31,856 nucleotides of DNA from Pyrinomonadaceae bacterium. Its GTDB lineage: Bacteria > Acidobacteriota > Blastocatellia > Pyrinomonadales > Pyrinomonadaceae. The DNA lies in assembly GCA_040003545.1 (NCBI GenBank), contig JBDUCF010000001.1, positions 1 to 31,856 of the forward strand. Direction: 5' to 3'. The position numbers and the translations under genes are program-made. The notes below the pieces were generated by a model. It was not told the origin of the DNA and ran no database searches. It saw only the letters and a program-made list of their open reading frames with translations. Shown piece by piece: positions 1 through 8,655 of the stretch (positions are counted from its first letter, which is position 1; each line of letters starts with the position of its first letter).

Positions 1-523
1 GCAGGCGACGCGCCTCAGCCTCGTCTTCTCGCTCAGTGACGCGGGCCATCAGGTACTCAAGGGCAGAATAGACTATGTCAGGTTGAAAGGTCCATATGAC
101 TTCATCGCCCGGTGCTGAGCCGTCGTCCTCGTTTCCGCGCACGGAAGCCAGGAGCGCCGAAAATCTTGCGTCGGCAATTACAACGAATCGTTCGTTCACT
201 TTGTCGGCGGACGCGCGTTGTAGCAGCACCGGCTCCAGATTATGGTGGTCGGTTTTGAGAGCGAGGTTGTTGAGGGCATCTCCCGGCCTTACGAAAAAGA
301 AGGCGCTGCGTGCTGCGCGCGCCATTTCACGCACGCGAGTGCGATCGCGTATGGGGCGTTCGGCAGCGTACGGCAGACTCTCGGCGACGAGTGCCGCCAG
401 GCTATTCTCCAAGACTACATCTTCAAAATAGCGGTGCAACTGAGCAATGGTCTGCTCCGCGCAGCGAACAGGAGTTAGCTGCCGAAAATGCTGAGCTAGA
501 ATGGCGCTGTAGAGGGAGTACAT
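1..523 (-). CDS. Partial CDS running off the window edge; putative DICT-like sensory-domain signalling protein
   Basis: Manual translation from the ATG at 523 is open to base 1: MYSLYSAILAQHFRQLTPVRCAEQTIAQLHRYFEDVVLENSLAALVAESLP...NERFVVIADARFSALLASV...EVIWTFQPDIVYSALEYLMARV. This resembles the DICT pattern (E-x-FVV...FSAxL...WTF-x-PDIV). It is absent from the ORF track because it has no stop in the window. The output domain would lie outside. Confidence 0.6.
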   Translation of the reverse strand, partial: MYSLYSAILAQHFRQLTPVRCAEQTIAQLHRYFEDVVLENSLAALVAESLPYAAERPIRDRTRVREMARAARSAFFFVRPGDALNNLALKTDHHNLEPVLLQRASADKVNERFVVIADARFSALLASVRGNEDDGSAPGDEVIWTFQPDIVYSALEYLMARVTEREDEAEARRL

Positions 524-590
524 TGAAGGCTCGGGCCGGAAACTGGGCTGACTGGGGAACCTCCGAGGAGGGCTGCAGCGAGGCAAACAC

Positions 591-619
591 ATTCTGCCAC
601 AGATCAACAGCGTTGTCCA
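591..619 (-). promoter_or_regulatory. Candidate sigma70-type promoter for the DICT-like gene
   Basis: Minus strand reads TGGACA-17 nt-CAGAAT, with TG at the extended -10 position, about 65 nt upstream of the ATG at 523. Confidence 0.45.
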
Positions 620-638
620 CCGCTAATTGGGGCGATAT

Positions 639-657
639 ATGCCCCATTTTGGGGCAT
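639..657. repeat. Perfect 8-bp inverted repeat immediately after the paaI stop codon
   Basis: ATGCCCCA-TTT-TGGGGCAT; no clear U-tract on the minus strand. Confidence 0.6.
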
Positions 658-1080
658 TTAGGGAAGTCTGATGTAGGTCGTAACTGCCGTCGCCACGAGA
701 GCTTGCAGGTTATCGAAAACGTTTACCGTCACCACTAGCAGGCGTCGCCCGGAACGCAGGACGCGGGCCTCGGCAGCAACGCTGCCGCTGCTTACGGGAC
801 GAAGATAATGAATGGTTAAATCAGACGTGGTAGTACTTTGATCGGGCTCGAGCATGGTGATAACCGCAAAGGCTGCGGCTGTGTCAATTAATGACGCAAT
901 ACTACCCCCATGCAAAACGTCGCTAACCTGCCTGAGATCCTGGCGCGCGTCCATATGCATCCTGGCCGAGCCCCGGGTTGCCTCGTCAAGTTCAATGCCG
1001 AGTAGTTTCGCGTAACGTACACGCTGAAACAAGCCACGAAGAAGCTCCTGTTCAGCGTCCGACAACCCAGTCTCGCTCAT
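658..1080 (-). CDS. PaaI-family (hotdog-fold) thioesterase
   Basis: Contains LHGGSIASLIDTAAAFA and TxDLTIHYLRPV motifs; 140 aa; ATGA overlap with the upstream gene. Confidence 0.9.
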   Translation of the reverse strand: MSETGLSDAEQELLRGLFQRVRYAKLLGIELDEATRGSARMHMDARQDLRQVSDVLHGGSIASLIDTAAAFAVITMLEPDQSTTTSDLTIHYLRPVSSGSVAAEARVLRSGRRLLVVTVNVFDNLQALVATAVTTYIRLP

Positions 1081-1487
1081 ACTTGATAGCTGTTCCCGTC
1101 AGCGGGCTGTACTATCACGGCGGTGCCGTAGGCTATAACCTCAGTAACACCTGTGGATATTTCCGTTGTGTCGTAGCGGGCGCCGATGATGGCGTTGGCT
1201 CCGATTTCCGACGCATGCTGGATCATAATCTCGAATGCATCGGCGCGAGTCTGTTCACACAGTGTGGTCCAGACGGTGATATTGCCGCCGACAATCATCT
1301 GGAGCGTTGCGCCAAGCGTGGCGAATACGTTTCGCGATCGCACCACAATGCCCCGCACCACGCCAAGATTCTGGGTCACACGAAAATTCGGCAGCTCGAA
1401 AGCCGTTGTCACCATGTGATGGGACACCGAGTAGCGACGAGGACTCACTTCATATGGGGTTCTGCGTTGAAGGGGATCATTTTCCAT
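1077..1487 (-). CDS. YbjQ/UPF0145-family protein
   Basis: MVTTAFELPNF...LGVVRGIVV...GANAIIGARYD...EVIAYGTAV pattern; strong AGGAG Shine-Dalgarno before the ATG at 1487. Confidence 0.88.
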   Translation of the reverse strand: MENDPLQRRTPYEVSPRRYSVSHHMVTTAFELPNFRVTQNLGVVRGIVVRSRNVFATLGATLQMIVGGNITVWTTLCEQTRADAFEIMIQHASEIGANAIIGARYDTTEISTGVTEVIAYGTAVIVQPADGNSYQV

Positions 1488-1492
1488 TGTAG

Positions 1493-1915
1493 TTACTCCT
1501 GAACCGTAGAGCTTCTGAAAAGACTGGACTGCAGTTCATTGTCTTCCAGATCAGAATCTCCGGCGGCAGCTTGATCCGGAGACCACTGGTACTGCTCCAG
1601 CCGGCAACGGCCTCGCGAATCGAATTCAATTCCTTCCGCTTCAAGCAAACGTTGCTGCTTGTCTGGTGGGATCACAATGCGCCCGGTCGAACACCGACCC
1701 TGAGCGTTTATTACGCGATGCCAGGGCGTACTTTCTTCGTTAGCTCCGTGCATAACAAAGCCGACGGTGCGCGGGGTGTATCCCTCACCGAGCAAGTAAG
1801 CAATCTGCCCGTAAGTCATCACCCGACCAACCGGAATCCGGCGCACCAGCTTGTATACATGCTCGCGATAGCCAGGACTATCGACAGGATCACCGGCGCG
1901 TTTTTGACTCGGCAT
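1493..1915 (-). CDS. Alkyltransferase-like (ATL) DNA-binding protein, MGMT family, non-catalytic
   Basis: VRRIPVGRVMTYGQIA helix-turn-helix and PWHRV, with Trp in place of the catalytic Cys of PCHRV. Start taken as the internal ATG at 1915; the ORF is open to 1972. Confidence 0.85.
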   Translation of the reverse strand: MPSQKRAGDPVDSPGYREHVYKLVRRIPVGRVMTYGQIAYLLGEGYTPRTVGFVMHGANEESTPWHRVINAQGRCSTGRIVIPPDKQQRLLEAEGIEFDSRGRCRLEQYQWSPDQAAAGDSDLEDNELQSSLFRSSTVQE

Positions 1916-2000
1916 CTGATTGTTAGCCACTTCGGTTATACGGACGAATGCCTCGAACAGTTCTGGATACATTGTCGAGGGGCAGGAATACCCGCGCGAG

Positions 2001-2645
2001 TTATGGGAAGGTTCTCAGCACGGTTCGCGCGGGGGCGCCGTCGCCCGTGCCCTCCGCAATCAGCAACGGCAGGCAAATCAGCTCATAATCCCCGGCAGGC
2101 ACATCTCGCAAATTCAGCCCTTCGAGAATCACAACACTATTTGAAAGCAAAGCCAAATGTGTCTCGTGTTTCCCCGACTTAAACTTCTCAACCGAAAGGT
2201 AATCGACACCAACCAGCCGGATACCCTCAGCAACCAGATGCGTTGCCGCGCTCGGAGCCAGATAGGTGAAGTCCTTGTGAAAAACACCATTAGGTTCCGC
2301 CCAGTAACTGGAATTTCGCGTTTTGAACAGCAGGCGAGTAACTGACTCCAGATCCAAGTTGCTAACAAAGTCCTGGTCTATCTCCGCTGATTCACCGGGA
2401 ACTTCCACCACCCTCGCTGGTCCAATCAAAACGTCGAGTGCTAACTCGGAGACTTTCCCGGCGCCGTCAATAAAATGCGCCGGCGCATCGACGTGCGTTG
2501 CAGTGTGCGCCCCCAAATGCAGGAACGAAACATTTGCCGAATCGCCTTTGGCCAAAGCGGACCACTGCTGAATATCTATCCCGGGGTCGCCGGGATAAAC
2601 AGGCGTGCGCGCAGAAATGGGGACGCTGACATCGTATATGCGCAT
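2001..2645 (-). CDS. Cyclase-family metal-dependent hydrolase (kynurenine formamidase-like)
   Basis: HTATHVDAPAH metal-binding motif, GVDYLS, H...LL...ILEGL, and GAPAR. Confidence 0.88.
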   Translation of the reverse strand: MRIYDVSVPISARTPVYPGDPGIDIQQWSALAKGDSANVSFLHLGAHTATHVDAPAHFIDGAGKVSELALDVLIGPARVVEVPGESAEIDQDFVSNLDLESVTRLLFKTRNSSYWAEPNGVFHKDFTYLAPSAATHLVAEGIRLVGVDYLSVEKFKSGKHETHLALLSNSVVILEGLNLRDVPAGDYELICLPLLIAEGTGDGAPARTVLRTFP

Positions 2646-2910
2646 TCTTTTTGGTTAACCCCAGATTACGTTCGGCGCCAAATATAATTCCAAATGAGCA
2701 AAGGGGGAAGGAAAATCGATCCTACACGGGTAACTCCCGCGGTCGCCTGGTGTCAACCTAGCTGCTGATATAGCTTTCCGAACTGCAGTTGTTTACCGTC
2801 ACACCATTGATTATCAGGGCGAACCGTTTTTAGACTGGCGCTGCAAGTTCGTAGTAATATGCTGCGCCCCAGCAATGTTCAGAAACAACCGTTCAGCGGA
2901 GCAAACTACG

Positions 2911-4827
2911 ATGCACCGAAGATACCTTTCCGTTCTGACGCCGGCTGCTTTAGCGTTTATCTGTTTGGGGTCCACCGTCGCAACGGTGGCACAGCAATCT
3001 AACGCCCAATCTGCTTCGCCGGAAATAGCGTTCACGGTATCGATGCCCAAACCTCATACGCACCTGCTGGAGGTTGAGATTCATGTTACGCGCGGTTCAA
3101 TTGGCCAGCCTCCGGTATCAGAGCTGTTGGTGATGCCGGTATGGACACCGGGATCGTATCTCGTGCGTGAATTTGCCCGCCACGTGCAGGACTTTTCTGC
3201 AATTGACACTGCAGGCCGACCGCTGCGATGGGAAAAGATAAACAAGAATTCCTGGCGGGTGATGACGAACGGTTCAAATGATTGGCGGGCCACCTATCGT
3301 GTGTATGCTAACGAGCTTTCGGTCAGAACAAATGAATTAAACTCGGCCCATGCCTTCTGGAACAATGCCGCCCTGCTAATGTACCTCGAAGGCTTCATGA
3401 ATACCTCTTCAACTCTGCGTATCCTTCCCCCTCCGTCATGGAAGATTGCCACCGGTCTTCCCGCGGCGTCGGGAATGAAGGACACGTTTCGCGCAGAGAA
3501 TTTCGATATCCTTTACGACTCACCGGTTGAAGTCAGCAATTTCAAGACCCTCGCATTCGAAGTTAAGGGAGTGCCGCATCGGATCGTGATCGACGGAGAA
3601 GGAAACTATGACCCGGAAAGAATGCGGGACGATGTGCAGAAGATCGTTACGGCCGAAGTTGAATTAATGGGTGGGGAGATTCCGTATCACGACTACACTT
3701 TTATCCTGCATTTGAGGTCGACAGGAGGGGGCGGGCTCGAACACTTGAATTCAACCGCGCTCGGCTATCCTCGTTTTGGCTTCCTTTCCGAACGCAGCCA
3801 AAGCTCAAATTCAGCCGCTCCCGGCGCTCAGTCAGTGCCAACTTATCGAGGTTTTCTCGGATTGGTAGCGCATGAGTTTTTCCATCTTTGGAACGTCAAG
3901 CGCATTCGTCCCGACGCGCTCGGGCCATTTGACTACACGAAAGAGAATTACACAAAACTACTTTGGGTGGCAGAAGGCCTCACTGACTACTATGCGGGTG
4001 TTGCCCTGAGAAGGGCTGGATTAATCTCGCAAAAAGATTTTTTGGACGACACCGCCAGGGCAATCCAGAATTTGCAGAATACTCCGGGCAGGCTGGTGAT
4101 GACCGCGGAGGAAGCGAGCTTCGATACCTGGATCAAGTTTTACCGCCAGGACGAGAACTCAATAAACTCGCAAATATCCTACTATGAGAAAGGGGCCATA
4201 CTTGGATTACTTCTTGATCTTGAGATTCGTAAGCGGAGCCATGACGCGAAGTCTCTGGATGACGTGATGCGTTATCTCTATAACCAGTTCTATAAGAAAG
4301 GCCGCAACTATACGCCGCAGGATTTTCAGAAGGTTGCTGAGTTGATGGCCGGATCGAGTCTGGACGAATTCTTTGCCAGGTATGTTCATGGTCGCGAAGA
4401 GCTGGACTACAATGCGGCGCTCGACGCTGCCGGCTTGCGGCTGGAGACAGTCGGCGAAACCAGCACCATCAGGGCGATTGAGAAGGCTTATCTTGGCGCT
4501 GATCTGGCCCAGGAAGGTGAGCGGCTGATGGTCAAGCGCATTCGCGCGGGCTCGCCTGCGTACGACCAGGGTCTGAACGCTGGAGATCAAATCGTGGCCT
4601 GGAACAACATGCGCGTCACAAAGGAATTCTTCGAGGCCCGCCTTGCCGAACAGCGGCCGGGCGATCTAGTCAGTCTGACGATATTCCGATCAGACGACTT
4701 GAGTACGTTGCCAATCAAGCTCGGGGGAAGGGTGGACGCACCGTACCGGATAGTGCCGGTGACGAACCCGTCAGACCAAGAGAAGCGGATCAATGAATCG
4801 TGGTTGGCTGGGTCGCCGGCGAAATAG
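2911..4827 (+). CDS. Exported M61-family (glycyl aminopeptidase-like) zinc metallopeptidase with C-terminal PDZ domain
   Basis: Signal-peptide-like N-terminus, PVWTPGSY, GGLEH, HEFFH zinc motif, LWVAEGLTDY, SYYEKGA, and a PDZ-like GSPAYDQGLNAGDQIVA. GGAG precedes the ATG at 2911; the ORF is open from 2875. Confidence 0.93.
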   Translation: MHRRYLSVLTPAALAFICLGSTVATVAQQSNAQSASPEIAFTVSMPKPHTHLLEVEIHVTRGSIGQPPVSELLVMPVWTPGSYLVREFARHVQDFSAIDTAGRPLRWEKINKNSWRVMTNGSNDWRATYRVYANELSVRTNELNSAHAFWNNAALLMYLEGFMNTSSTLRILPPPSWKIATGLPAASGMKDTFRAENFDILYDSPVEVSNFKTLAFEVKGVPHRIVIDGEGNYDPERMRDDVQKIVTAEVELMGGEIPYHDYTFILHLRSTGGGGLEHLNSTALGYPRFGFLSERSQSSNSAAPGAQSVPTYRGFLGLVAHEFFHLWNVKRIRPDALGPFDYTKENYTKLLWVAEGLTDYYAGVALRRAGLISQKDFLDDTARAIQNLQNTPGRLVMTAEEASFDTWIKFYRQDENSINSQISYYEKGAILGLLLDLEIRKRSHDAKSLDDVMRYLYNQFYKKGRNYTPQDFQKVAELMAGSSLDEFFARYVHGREELDYNAALDAAGLRLETVGETSTIRAIEKAYLGADLAQEGERLMVKRIRAGSPAYDQGLNAGDQIVAWNNMRVTKEFFEARLAEQRPGDLVSLTIFRSDDLSTLPIKLGGRVDAPYRIVPVTNPSDQEKRINESWLAGSPAK

Positions 4828-4850
4828 TAGATGGTGGATTCGACTACGAA

Positions 4851-5681
4851 ATGGGGCCGACCAACGTTCAATCTTCCTCTGGCGGCTGGCCGCGCATAGC
4901 CGCCTCGAGTTATCTCAACACCGCTCCGCTCATCTGGAGTTTCCTGTACGGAACCCGGCGACACCGGACGCGCCTGGTGACCGATGCCGCGCCAGCCAGT
5001 TGTGCCGATTTGCTTGCCCGCAGTGAAGTTGATGCCGCCCTGGTGCCAATAATCGAATATCACCGAATCCCTGAGGTCCGGGTGGTACCGGGCGTCTGTG
5101 TCGGTTCCCACTCAGCCGTGCGCAGTGTGGTACTGGTAAGCAAACAAGATGACTTGAGGAAGGTTGGCAAAGTCGCTCTTGACGCTTCATCGCGAACGTC
5201 GCAGGCGTTGGTCAAGATTATCTTTCGAGAGTTTCTGGGATTCGAGCCGCAATGGCAGTCATCTGGTCCCGACGTTCCCCTGATGCTGAAGAACAATGAC
5301 GCGGCGCTAATTATCGGTGATCCGGCGATGAGGATCTCCGCGACTGACGTTCATATTTTTGACCTGGCAACTTTATGGCGCAAATTTACGGGGGTTGGTT
5401 TTGTATTTGCGATGTGGATGGCACGCGCAGGGGCTGAAAACATTCGCGATTTAGACTTCGCCGGGGCACGCGACGAAGGGTTGGGGCACGTCATGGAGAT
5501 TGCCAGGCAATACGAGCCATTACTCGGGCTGCCACAGGACGAGTTAGTAATCTACCTTTCCAATAACATATGCTTCAACTTTGACGACGATATGCAAAAG
5601 GGGCTGGAACTCTTTTTCAAGCTGGCGCACAAACACAGAATTATCTCAAACGCGACCAGTTTAAAAATGATTGACCCGTAG
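4851..5681 (+). CDS. mqnA: Chorismate dehydratase MqnA (futalosine menaquinone pathway)
   Basis: SYLNTAPL, SRTSQALVKII, ALIIGDPA, DLATLW...FVFAMW; adjacent to mqnC. The ATG at 4851 is preferred over 4800, which overlaps the upstream gene. Confidence 0.85.
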   Translation: MGPTNVQSSSGGWPRIAASSYLNTAPLIWSFLYGTRRHRTRLVTDAAPASCADLLARSEVDAALVPIIEYHRIPEVRVVPGVCVGSHSAVRSVVLVSKQDDLRKVGKVALDASSRTSQALVKIIFREFLGFEPQWQSSGPDVPLMLKNNDAALIIGDPAMRISATDVHIFDLATLWRKFTGVGFVFAMWMARAGAENIRDLDFAGARDEGLGHVMEIARQYEPLLGLPQDELVIYLSNNICFNFDDDMQKGLELFFKLAHKHRIISNATSLKMIDP

Positions 5682-5710
5682 TTGGATAATGAAGGTAATA
5701 CAAACTCCGG

Positions 5711-5719
5711 TGTTATCAT
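5711..5719 (+). promoter_or_regulatory. Candidate extended -10 promoter element directly upstream of mqnC
   Basis: TG-T-TATCAT ends 10 nt before the ATG at 5730; no Shine-Dalgarno lies between. Confidence 0.3.
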
Positions 5720-5729
5720 TGATTCCTGA

Positions 5730-6863
5730 ATGACTGGAACAAAGCAGACTCAAACAATCCTTGACCGGGTACTCGCCGGCGACCGGATGACCGCGCCGGA
5801 GTGCACTCTATTGCTGGAGTCGGACGACTTCGTGCGCATTGGACTTGCCGCCGACGAGATTCGCCAACGCCGGCACCCGGATAATATCGTCACGTACATC
5901 ATCGACCGGAACGTGAATTACACGAATGTCTGCAATGTGGTTTGCACATTCTGTGCGTTCTACCGGCGGCCCGGTGCGCCTGATACCTACGTGCGCACGC
6001 TGGAAGAAATCTGCCAGAAGATTGACGAGACCATTGCCCTGGGTGGGACTGGGGTCCTGATGCAGGGTGGACTGCACCCCGACTTCGGCATCGAATGGTA
6101 TGAAGACCTGCTGCGTACACTGCACGCCAAGTATCCGGAGTTTCAGCTACATTGTTTTTCGCCACCGGAGATTCACAACCTCCATCTCATTTCCGGTCTT
6201 GATTACGAAACGATCATGGGGCGGCTAAAAGAGGCTGGCTTGTACAGCATGCCTGGCGGAGGCGCGGAGATTCTTGACGATGAAGTTCGCAAACGTGTGG
6301 CTACGAAATGCACCACGGACGAATGGCTGGCAGTTATGCGGGCCACGCACCATGTCGGGCTGCGCTCAACTGCCACCATGATGTTCGGTATCGGCGATGG
6401 GATCAAACATCGCGTCGGTCATCTGCAGCGCATACGCGATCTTCAGGACGAAACGGGAGGCTTTACGGCATTCATTCCCTGGACCTTCCAGCGCGAAAAC
6501 ACGGCGCTCGGTCGTCGGATAAAAGATGAACCAACCGGGATCGATTATCTAAAGATGCTGGCCGTGTCTCGTCTGTTTCTCGACAACATCGAAAACTTCC
6601 AATCTTCGTGGTTAACCCAGGGATTGCGTTTGGGCCAGGTGGCACTCCGCTTCGGCGCCAACGACATGGGCTCAATTATGATCGAAGAGAACGTTGTCTC
6701 CGCCGCCGGCGCGCACAACGAAGCCGATGAGAAAATGCTGCGGTACCTGATTCGCAAAGCCGGCTTCACTCCGCGCCAGCGCGATATTCTCTACCGGCAA
6801 GTTCATCGAAGACCCGAGGCCGTGCAACCCGATCCCGCGTCCGAAGCCGTAGCAGTTAGTTAA
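5730..6863 (+). CDS. mqnC: Cyclic dehypoxanthinyl futalosine synthase MqnC (radical SAM)
   Basis: VTYIIDRNVNYTNVCNVVCTFC (CxxxCxxC), LMQGGLHP, MPGGGAEIL, ATMMFG, FTAFIPWTFQ, GANDMGSIMIEENVV. CofH/MqnC family; mqnA context favours MqnC. Confidence 0.9.
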   Translation: MTGTKQTQTILDRVLAGDRMTAPECTLLLESDDFVRIGLAADEIRQRRHPDNIVTYIIDRNVNYTNVCNVVCTFCAFYRRPGAPDTYVRTLEEICQKIDETIALGGTGVLMQGGLHPDFGIEWYEDLLRTLHAKYPEFQLHCFSPPEIHNLHLISGLDYETIMGRLKEAGLYSMPGGGAEILDDEVRKRVATKCTTDEWLAVMRATHHVGLRSTATMMFGIGDGIKHRVGHLQRIRDLQDETGGFTAFIPWTFQRENTALGRRIKDEPTGIDYLKMLAVSRLFLDNIENFQSSWLTQGLRLGQVALRFGANDMGSIMIEENVVSAAGAHNEADEKMLRYLIRKAGFTPRQRDILYRQVHRRPEAVQPDPASEAVAVS

Positions 6864-6913
6864 TCGAGTCCACGTTGAACCGTTCCCTCCGCCCAGTTTC
6901 CGGAAGGTTGTTT

Positions 6914-8632
6914 ATGTCTCACCGATGGTTTTTCATCAGCGTCACTGCTTCCGTTTGGTTGTTCTCGGTTTCGGCGCGTTCGCAGGAGCCTGCCCCTGGG
7001 CGAGGATCAGACGAAAGTGCGGCGACGGCAAAGAAGGCAGTCGACTTGCTGGAGTCAGTTGCGGGCCAGGTGGACAGCTTACATTCGGCTGAAAACCGTG
7101 CACGTATTGGATCCAACGTCGCCGAATTGCTTTGGAACTATGACGAAAAACGTTCGCGCAGTCTTTTCGCGATGATCGAGGAAGACATTAAGGCAGGGTT
7201 AAACGACACTGACCCTGATGATGGAGCACACAACCACGCGCTGATGGTTTTTGGCCAGTTGCGAGGCGACATTGTCGGCAGGATTGCCAAACACAATCCG
7301 GATCTGGCCCTCGAGTTTCTACAGGCAACTCGGCCCGCATCGGACACGCAGTTGCCTTACGAAATGAGGGACAGCGAGAAATCTCTGGAGTTGCGTCTGG
7401 CCGGTCAAATTGCGGCGAAGAATCCCCAGCTAGCCCTGAAGTTAGGGCTCCAATCTTTGGCGAAGGGCTATTCTCTTGATCTCCTGTCAGTGCGTTTTCA
7501 ACTACAGGAGAAGGACAAAGACTCGGCGCTGAGCTTTTACAAAGCGATTGTTGACAAGTTGCGAAGTGCGAACCTGGCGCGAGATCCAGCAGCACGTGAT
7601 GTTGCCCTAAGCCTCGCGCGATCGTTTCAGCCGCCGGAGGCTGACGAGCAGGTTTACCGTGATTTGATTGGCATCGTGTTGGAGAGTGCTTTAGCCGCCG
7701 GTTGCGCAAACGCGGCTTCCGAATACGACTCCTATTATCTCTGCGGACAGATTGGTCTGATCTTTTCTAAGTTAGAAAAGTACTACTCGCCACGCGCCGC
7801 GGGATTGCGGCGGTGGGCGCCGGACGGGCGAAGCGGTGAAGATCGGCGAACTGCAGTGTTTCAACAAGTCTACGAAGTTATTGACAGAGGAACCATCGAG
7901 GAGATGCTTGCCCTGGCGCCGAAGTATCCGGAGATGCAAAACCAGATTTACTGGGCGGCTATGTCGAAGGCGGAATACTCGGGCGACGTTGCCAGGGCGC
8001 GACAGATCGCTGCCGATTTTCCCGACGAAGAGCAGCGCCGCTCCATGCTCGCGCATATAGACGGCGATCAAAAGTGGAGGTCAATGAGCGACCAGAAGTT
8101 GGCTGAAATTCAACAGCTCCTGAGCAGCGTTCGTCGCCCCGAGGAGCAGACAAGACTTCTGCTGGAGGTGGCGAATCAAGTCGGTGGAAACGATCGGAAG
8201 GCGGCGTTGGGGTTTCTCAGTCAAGCCGGCCAGATCCTTGATTCCATAAAGTCTGGTAAGACACAAATCGAAGGTCAGATCGCGTTGGCTGTGGTGTATT
8301 GTTCGCTGAAGAGTGACCGTGGCTTCGCAATTATGGAATCACTGATTCCTAAACTCAATCAGCTGGTGGCTGCTGCCGCAGCCCTCGATGGGTTTGAGAA
8401 TAATTACCTCAAGGATGGGGAGTGGACCATGACCAGCGCCGGTAGCATTGGCACGCTCCTAACCGGCCTGGCTCAGAACGCAGGATATTTTTCCAGGCTG
8501 GACTTTGATCGCTCGGTAAGTCTGGCTAATCAATTCGAGCGGCCCGAATTGCGTCTTATGGCCGAACTAAAGATCGCGCAAGGTATCCTGACTAACCCAC
8601 CGATGGGCCGATCAACGGTAAGTATCCATTGA
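6914..8632 (+). CDS. Exported hypothetical protein, probably an alpha-helical solenoid
   Basis: Long ORF with signal-peptide-like MSHRWFFISVTASVWLFSVSARS, GAAGG before the ATG at 6914, and recurring amphipathic helical segments. No catalytic motif recognised. Confidence 0.7.
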   Translation: MSHRWFFISVTASVWLFSVSARSQEPAPGRGSDESAATAKKAVDLLESVAGQVDSLHSAENRARIGSNVAELLWNYDEKRSRSLFAMIEEDIKAGLNDTDPDDGAHNHALMVFGQLRGDIVGRIAKHNPDLALEFLQATRPASDTQLPYEMRDSEKSLELRLAGQIAAKNPQLALKLGLQSLAKGYSLDLLSVRFQLQEKDKDSALSFYKAIVDKLRSANLARDPAARDVALSLARSFQPPEADEQVYRDLIGIVLESALAAGCANAASEYDSYYLCGQIGLIFSKLEKYYSPRAAGLRRWAPDGRSGEDRRTAVFQQVYEVIDRGTIEEMLALAPKYPEMQNQIYWAAMSKAEYSGDVARARQIAADFPDEEQRRSMLAHIDGDQKWRSMSDQKLAEIQQLLSSVRRPEEQTRLLLEVANQVGGNDRKAALGFLSQAGQILDSIKSGKTQIEGQIALAVVYCSLKSDRGFAIMESLIPKLNQLVAAAAALDGFENNYLKDGEWTMTSAGSIGTLLTGLAQNAGYFSRLDFDRSVSLANQFERPELRLMAELKIAQGILTNPPMGRSTVSIH

Positions 8633-8655
8633 TAATCCGGGTACCGGCTACACCT

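Noticed and set aside
639-657. Intrinsic terminator after paaI
   Set aside because: The stem is perfect but there is no U-tract on the transcribed (minus) strand; kept only as an inverted repeat.
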